This document shows positions 56,830-64,000 of a DNA stretch of 64,000 nt, piece after piece. This stretch comes from the human T2T-CHM13v2.0 reference genome, Homo sapiens: assembly GCF_009914755.1 (NCBI RefSeq), contig NC_060931.1; one strand, written 5' to 3'. Below the pieces are notes generated by a model, which did no database searches, was not told where the DNA came from, and saw only the letters and a program-made list of their open reading frames with translations. Position 1 is the stretch's first letter. Each line of letters begins with the position of its first letter. A program made the translations under genes and the position numbers.

Positions 56830-56965
56830 TTATGTGAGATATACCTGGGGCATTAGTTAAACATACATATTCCTAGGGCTCTCCCTGAAGACACTGACTC
56901 AGGGAGTCTGTGGCAGGGCCTTGGAATTTTCATGTGTATCACTTGTCCAACGTGATTCTCATAAT
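56830..56965. mobile_element. MER5A-like hAT MITE fragment
   Basis: tacctggggcattagttaaacatacatattcctagggct...gtggcagggccttggaattttcatg...gtgattctc. Confidence 0.6.
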
Positions 56966-59900
56966 TCTGTACATAAGGGAAACTCCAAGTCAAAACACCC
57001 TGCTGCATTGTTAGGGTGGGTGGTATTGCTGGCTATCCCTGAGCCATCTAGGACACAGTAAGCATACGCTTACTAAGTTCCTATCATGGGCCAGGCACCA
57101 TCCTAGTGCTTGAAGTTGCCTTAACCGTTGGAAACTACTCCATCCAGAGTAAGTGGATGAATCCCCTCACAAGGATTCTTCTCATGTGAGTGAATTCAGA
57201 ATCAAGTTGAAAAGATGAAACCATATTCCCTTTTAATAACATAAATAACCACTGTTATTCTTTTATGTTATATAAAATTGCGGCATAAAATAAATTTCAT
57301 CATTTGTAGTCATAACTTTGAATATCCTTTCTGAAACTTAACTTTCCCAACTCACTCTCCTAAAGAAGCCCGCACCCTCACCACCCCGCCCACCGCCATC
57401 AGAATCTGATATCCCACCACAGTTGAGTATCTCTGGTCTGATACCGGATTCCAGTTGCACCTCACCTCACCTGTTCTGTCCTGCAGCAGGTGATTATCCA
57501 TGCCCTGGAATAGTTGAGATGTGGCAGATATTAATTTACATAGGCTTACCAATCATTTCAAACCCTATCCTGGAAACAAAGTTTGAGGCAAAGGAGGAGT
57601 CAAGGCAATGGAGGAGCTGGCAAGTAAAGTCATTAGGATTTTGGGGTTAGCAGATTGGCTATTGAGTGTTACCCAAGGGTGGGAAGGGATGCAGAAAAAG
57701 GCAAGTTGCATCAACCTCCTTATGTGGCCTGGACAGCTAATGATGGGAATTGTTTAGAGATTTAAGACAAGCATTCTTAGTCTCAGGATATGAACAAACT
57801 ACTTTTGAGCTCCAAAAGAAATCACTCTGAAATCCCACATCTATCCCTTCTACTGTAGAAAGGAAATCATACATGTCAGAGAAACTACTGACATTGCTTT
57901 TTCTTATTTTGTAAAGAGCAAAATACAGCATCTTGTCCAATCAGGGGTTGCAACACCACGCCAGTGTTCAGAGAGTGGAGCTCGACGGGTGGATCTGGAG
58001 TCACCCCTCCTTTCAAAAATTGTCAACTAACACATCTACCAAGTGTCCAGAGTTTCAGTTACACGGTTTCTTGTTGACTGTTAATTATATGTGTAGCCTT
58101 TATTTTATAGAGGCTTTATCCACATGAAATTATTGGGTCAGGGTTCTAGTCCCATCTCATGTGCACTCTTCTAGTTAGTCATCGTGCATTTAAATGGAAT
58201 TCTTTCAGGAATTTAAAAAATTAAAAGCATCCTGTTCATTTTCCAGGGGAAAAGAAAAGCAAAAGTTCTTTTTTTTTCTTCTTCAGAACTTCTTATAGAA
58301 GCCAGTTCTTGGAAGAGCCAGGAGCACTGTTCTGATAAGGTCAAGTTGCCCTGGGTTTGCAGAGATCACATCAACCAAATGGAAATGCATAATGGACCAG
58401 AAATGGGGTCAACTGCATCATGGAGTTTGAAGTGGAGCTGATGAAGTGGCCTTGCTCTTGCTTAAAGCGGGCAAGCCATTTGGTGTGATTCAAGGTCCAA
58501 GGAGGAATTTGAATATTCCATTATTACATGAGAATTATGGTATAATGCAAAGACTGCTACAAGAGGTAATCCAGTATTAGATTTGCAAGCTGTCATTTAA
58601 TTGATAAAGAAAATCCCAAAGCAATCAATCATTGGCATATGTAAATTCTGAAAGAGGAGTAGGTGGAAAACTTGCTTGGGTGATGGTTTGGGTGGAAGGG
58701 GTGGAGGATGAGGTTGTTCTGGGCATCCAGAATGTGGCCCTTGTGATCTGGATACTGGAAAATAGGCATGAAAATTGTGAAATCAACCTCAACAGCAGAA
58801 GTTAGACTTGGCCAATTCAAAAATTACATTTTTAGTATGGTCTGGTTGTTCCATGTAGATAATTTTAGGAAGGAATAATGAAAATTTTCAATCAATCAGT
58901 AGTTCAAAAGCAAAATGAGCTACTCTACGAAATAAATTTTTCATAATTGGAAGTGTTTAAATAGGGACTGGACAATCTGCTTTGAAATGTTTAAGAAGGG
59001 AAGACTGACATTGAATAAAACAGCTTTCAAAGTTTTACCACAGCTAGTTTTCTATGAAACCCAGAGGGTTTTTTTTTTTTTTTTGGTCCAAAGACATATG
59101 TAATGTCTTAAACTTTATATTATTCAACTTTTCACTATAATTTATCAAGACCATTTTTTAAAATCTAATTTTGTTGTTAAATATATTTTCTGACCCTTCC
59201 CATTTGACTTTTTTCTAGAAATTTCATAAGCCTGTTTCCTTTCACCAAGTAATTGATAATGTTGCTGGCTAAACAAAGATATTATATGTAACCAATAAAT
59301 CGATAGCATTTTTATCAATATGATATATTGTTGATAATATAATATATATGTATAATATATAAAACTGAGAAATTGATAACACTATTGAAAAGAAAATGTT
59401 GAGTACAGAGCCATTTATCACTCCACCAGACACCTTGAAGTTGTTTTCATTCATCCATTTACTGAGTCGCCTTACAGAGCTCACACTAATTTAATATATT
59501 CTTTTCTTAAAATTGATTACATTTCACTCGTCTCTAGTCTTCTCAGACTTTCCACATCACCATGATCCTTTAAAGATTATCTATGATAAATCAGCAATCT
59601 ATTCTGCAAATTTTCTTCTTGTCCCATCTGTTGTATGTCCCCGTGTGCCTCATATGGATGATAATCCATTATTTGAACGTCACTTTTTTATTTTCAGTGA
59701 CTCTTTTTGGAAGCTGAAGTTTATCTTCCACTCGGAGCTTCCTAAAGTAACTATCAGAAATTACAGAAAACTGTTATCTTTGATCCTGCACCCAATGTTA
59801 GAATAAAACTTCCTAATATCTGAATTCACAGATGTTCTAATTCACCTTCAGCACCACCATTGATTTCTTGGGTATGGTAATATACAACAGACACTCAGAA

Positions 59901-60564
59901 GAATTTTATTACTTGCAAGCATCTTTTACACATTAGTTCTTCTCCGCATATTTAGGGAAGCAGAGAATCTGAAAAATCATGGTGCTCTTCATAGGGCACC
60001 ATGAAATATTTGCTTCTGTTATACAGAGCAAAAATAATTTGTCAATAGAACGTGTTTAATGGTATACATATGAAATATCAGGTCATATGTACAAACACTC
60101 ATGAAAAATATATTTTATCAAGCATGGCCAACTATTTACATATTTTTCTGTGAAAATGAAGTTGATATTATTTTTTTAAGGTAGTGCTAATTTGTAGAAA
60201 AATTAGAGCAGCTATGTTACACAGTTTTTATTAAAAATATTTAAGATAATTCCATGGAAAGAAAACTAAAATTTTTCTTATAATATCTTTATTTTATGAA
60301 GATGTTGTTTGAGTCATACTGCACAACATTATTCAATTTAGATCTTATAATCTGTTAGATAATTAATATCTTTCCAAATATCCAAATCAGAAAACCAATG
60401 AACCAGGCTGTTAAATAATTTGTTCCAACATGATACCAGAGCCAAGATTCTTGCCACCCCACGGTACTGCTCACGTTTCTTCTTTATTGAGATCATTTAT
60501 AATGAGACAGTCACAATTATGTTTTCCAGAGCTTCCTAACAAGGATGGAAATACACCTGAGGGA

Positions 60565-60800
60565 GGGGCCAGGAGCACAGGCTCTGCAATCAGACTGCTG
60601 GGGTTTCACTTCCATCCCTGCCACTTGCCACCTGGATGATCTTGTGCAAGTAGCTTAGTTACTCTGTGTCTCTACCTTAGTATGGACTCATAAAACAATA
60701 GTAGCTACATCATAGGCTTGTTGTGACTGTTACTTGAGGCAATCCTTGTAAAGGATTTAGCACAATGCCTGGCATAAAATAAGCCTCGGATGAGTGTCAG
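60565..60800. mobile_element. MIR SINE
   Basis: ggagcacaggctctgcaatcagactgc...gatcttgtgcaagtagcttag...ttagcacaatgcctggcata. Confidence 0.85.
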
Positions 60801-60811
60801 TTAAGTTGTAG

Positions 60812-61170
<359 letters not shown>

Positions 61171-62532
61171 TATTTTACTTTTCAATCCATCTTTTCAATA
61201 ACTTAAAGTACAAGTGTCAATATATACAATCTTTTCCTCCCTGGTTATCAAGCTTTCTAATATATATGGATGTATCTTCCAGTTTTGATCCCATTTACTT
61301 TACAGCGTCACTGCTGTGGAACCCAGAGAGCAGCTCTTTCTAGGAGGGGCAAACAAGAGCTAAGAAAGCCAAGACCTCCCGGGTGTTGTGCTTTCGCAAG
61401 ACCAATGTTTCCAGGTGTCCTGAGGAGAGGCTCTGTGCCAATTTTGCATCCACATCAGAACTACATTATCCATTGCTGTGTTCTGTAGTTGTCGCTTATA
61501 ATATTAGTCTCACAAAACTACATATGTGTCTTTATTTGGATCTTGCACATCTTTCCAACATGGAATTCTAATCTTGACTTTCATCCCACCCTGATCCAGA
61601 CCTATAAAGAATGCTGCAAGAGAACTTTACAGTGAGTGCACATCTGACCAGACTTTTTCGTATCTCATACCTAGATCTCTTACTTTTGAGTTCTGCCTAC
61701 TATTGAGACACCCTCCCAAATAAGACATTTTCTTTCTCACTTGGATGAAGATTTCCCATTAGGCAAGACCACCCTCGGCATCCTTTTCAAATTACTGTGA
61801 CATATTTCTTTACCCAATGGAACCAATGGTGCCGGGGGGAATGAGTTCCTTATCCTCAAATGCACAAAATGTACAAGCACAGAATCATCTTTAGTTATGC
61901 AGGATGAAAGAAACTTATGAGCTTATTCTATGTATCGCCAAAAGGATCAGCTAATTTCCTCATTCCCTTATGTATTCATTCTTCATCCAAATTCTACTCT
62001 CCCAGAACTAAGAGAGATCACAGGTGTTGGGAAATCTAATAGGCAGGAGGATAGAATTCAAAAGCAGTGACTCTTCAGATACAGTGCGTGAGGACAAAAT
62101 AGGCGCCCTGTGTTGAAGAGACGATGTAACTTCTTTAGTGCCCTCCTTCCTTTTCCATTTTCTCTTGCATCTTTGGGTTTCAATTGTCCCCCCAAAATAC
62201 AAATCAGAAATGCTGAAAATTTAAATCTTATTTTTCTTTTTGTATTTTGAAGAACACAGCCCAAAAGTAATAATGAAAATAGAAAGTCATATATCCTAGA
62301 TTCTAAAGATTGAATGGATGTTGAAGGTCATCTAGTCAAAGCACAGAAATGGAATGCTCAGCATGGTGCAATTTCTTTCTAATTTTTTGGGGGAATTGTT
62401 TAGAATGGGAAGTTAGTTTTGTGCACATCTGTATGTTTCTCTCATCTTTAAAAATGGATTTGTTCTGTTTTCTCCATGTTTCTTTTTTTCTGTAAAAATA
62501 TTGAGTTAGAGGAGAGGGGACACTGAGTCTGA

Positions 62533-62923
<391 letters not shown>

Positions 62924-63479
62924 TAAAATACATGTTTTTTGATGATGTGTCAGTGCCAGCTATCATTGGAGGTCTACTTTGAGGGTTTATGGTCCATGGA
63001 AGCTAACACCAGGTGTGCCTGAGGGCTCAAAGGGAGATGAAAACCCACTGGTGGAGGACAGAAATGCCAAAGAACCAATCATCATCCAACTGACAAATCC
63101 CATTCCGGATCTTCAGTTAAATTTAAAACAGTTGTGCCTCATTCTAAAAAATAACCAATTATCTGGTTCTTTACGAGGGTAGGAAGAAGAGCCTTCGGGC
63201 CACATTCTGATGTTCTTGTCTGAAGGGGGGACCCTATGGAAGTCATAAATTAACAAATTTCATGGTTAAAAATATCTGATTTCATGCCTACTTACATCCA
63301 TATAAATGTCATATTGAAACTATGAAGTGCGTGTTGTAGCTGGGACACCCAGAGGCTCCCTTTAAACTTCTCCTTCGTGCTGTTGACTTCTACGTGATTT
63401 CTCAGGCTGTTGGAGTCTCAGCCATGGAAAATGCTGTTTCAAAAACTTCCTAGTCATTTTCAACTTTATGTTATTACAG

Positions 63480-63695
63480 GTTTGACTATTTTTAAACGAT
63501 TCTGATTCTGTTCCCTTCATGACACTGGGACAGAGGACAGGCTGAGGGGACTTCTCCCTGGTGTTCTCCTCAGCAGACATTCTGCAGCTTGAGCTTTTCC
63601 AGGCCCTGGGGTGCAACCGTAATGACCCAGTTACAGTGCCTCCACCTCCTCCAGTGAAATTCCTGTAGCCCAAGGACTCTTGAGATCCCTCTCTG
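63480..63695 (+). ncRNA. Candidate non-coding exon (216 nt)
   Basis: Acceptor tttatgttattacag|G and strong donor CTG|gtgagt; stops in all three frames. Confidence 0.3.
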
Positions 63696-64000
63696 GTGAG
63701 TCAATGGCTCTGTGGGATTTCCTGTGCACTTTAATGGATGTGCAGAATATTCTGGTCTATTTCTCCCACCCCTTGGTATCCTCTCTTTTCTTCATGACCC
63801 TCCAGGCGCTCTTTGTCTTCTGAGATACACTACTGCTATTCCTTTGAATGCTGGGATGATCTCAAGGCACTCTGGTGAAGGACTAACTCCATTTATTTCT
63901 TCTATGTTGTTGGAGTGGCACTATTTTGTTCTGCTACAAATAACACAAATGTGTCCTGGGGCTAATCTTACCAGTTATTACATATTCTATTTCTAACACA

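Overview
Primate (human, judged from a near-perfect AluYb8-type insertion) non-coding genomic DNA. It is AT-rich and CpG-poor, with no CpG island and no protein-coding exon I can recognise, so it is either intergenic or a large intron. I cannot name the locus. Much of the window is interspersed repeat: 22 Alu copies (J, S and Y ages), a three-tier nested L1PA-in-L1PA-with-Alu structure at 44.6-47.0 kb, old L1M/L2/MIR fragments, MaLR (MLT1) and ERV1 solo LTRs, hAT MITEs (MER1A, MER33, MER58A, MER63A) and several microsatellites. The ORF track is explained by Alu, L1 ORF2 and low-complexity sequence. I found no well-supported new biological system. The best leads in unique sequence are: a set of minus-strand splice-site-bounded segments ending in a triple poly(A) signal (possible spliced lncRNA, one 228-nt segment fully open in one frame); several plus-strand exon-like segments; two local duplications not explained by transposon consensus; homotypic motif clusters (TAATCC, TACTAAC); recurrent short perfect inverted repeats; a 485-nt pyrimidine tract; and a very young, possibly polymorphic Alu. 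Repeat subfamily names come from remembered consensus features and need RepeatMasker/Dfam confirmation; boundaries of old repeats are approximate.
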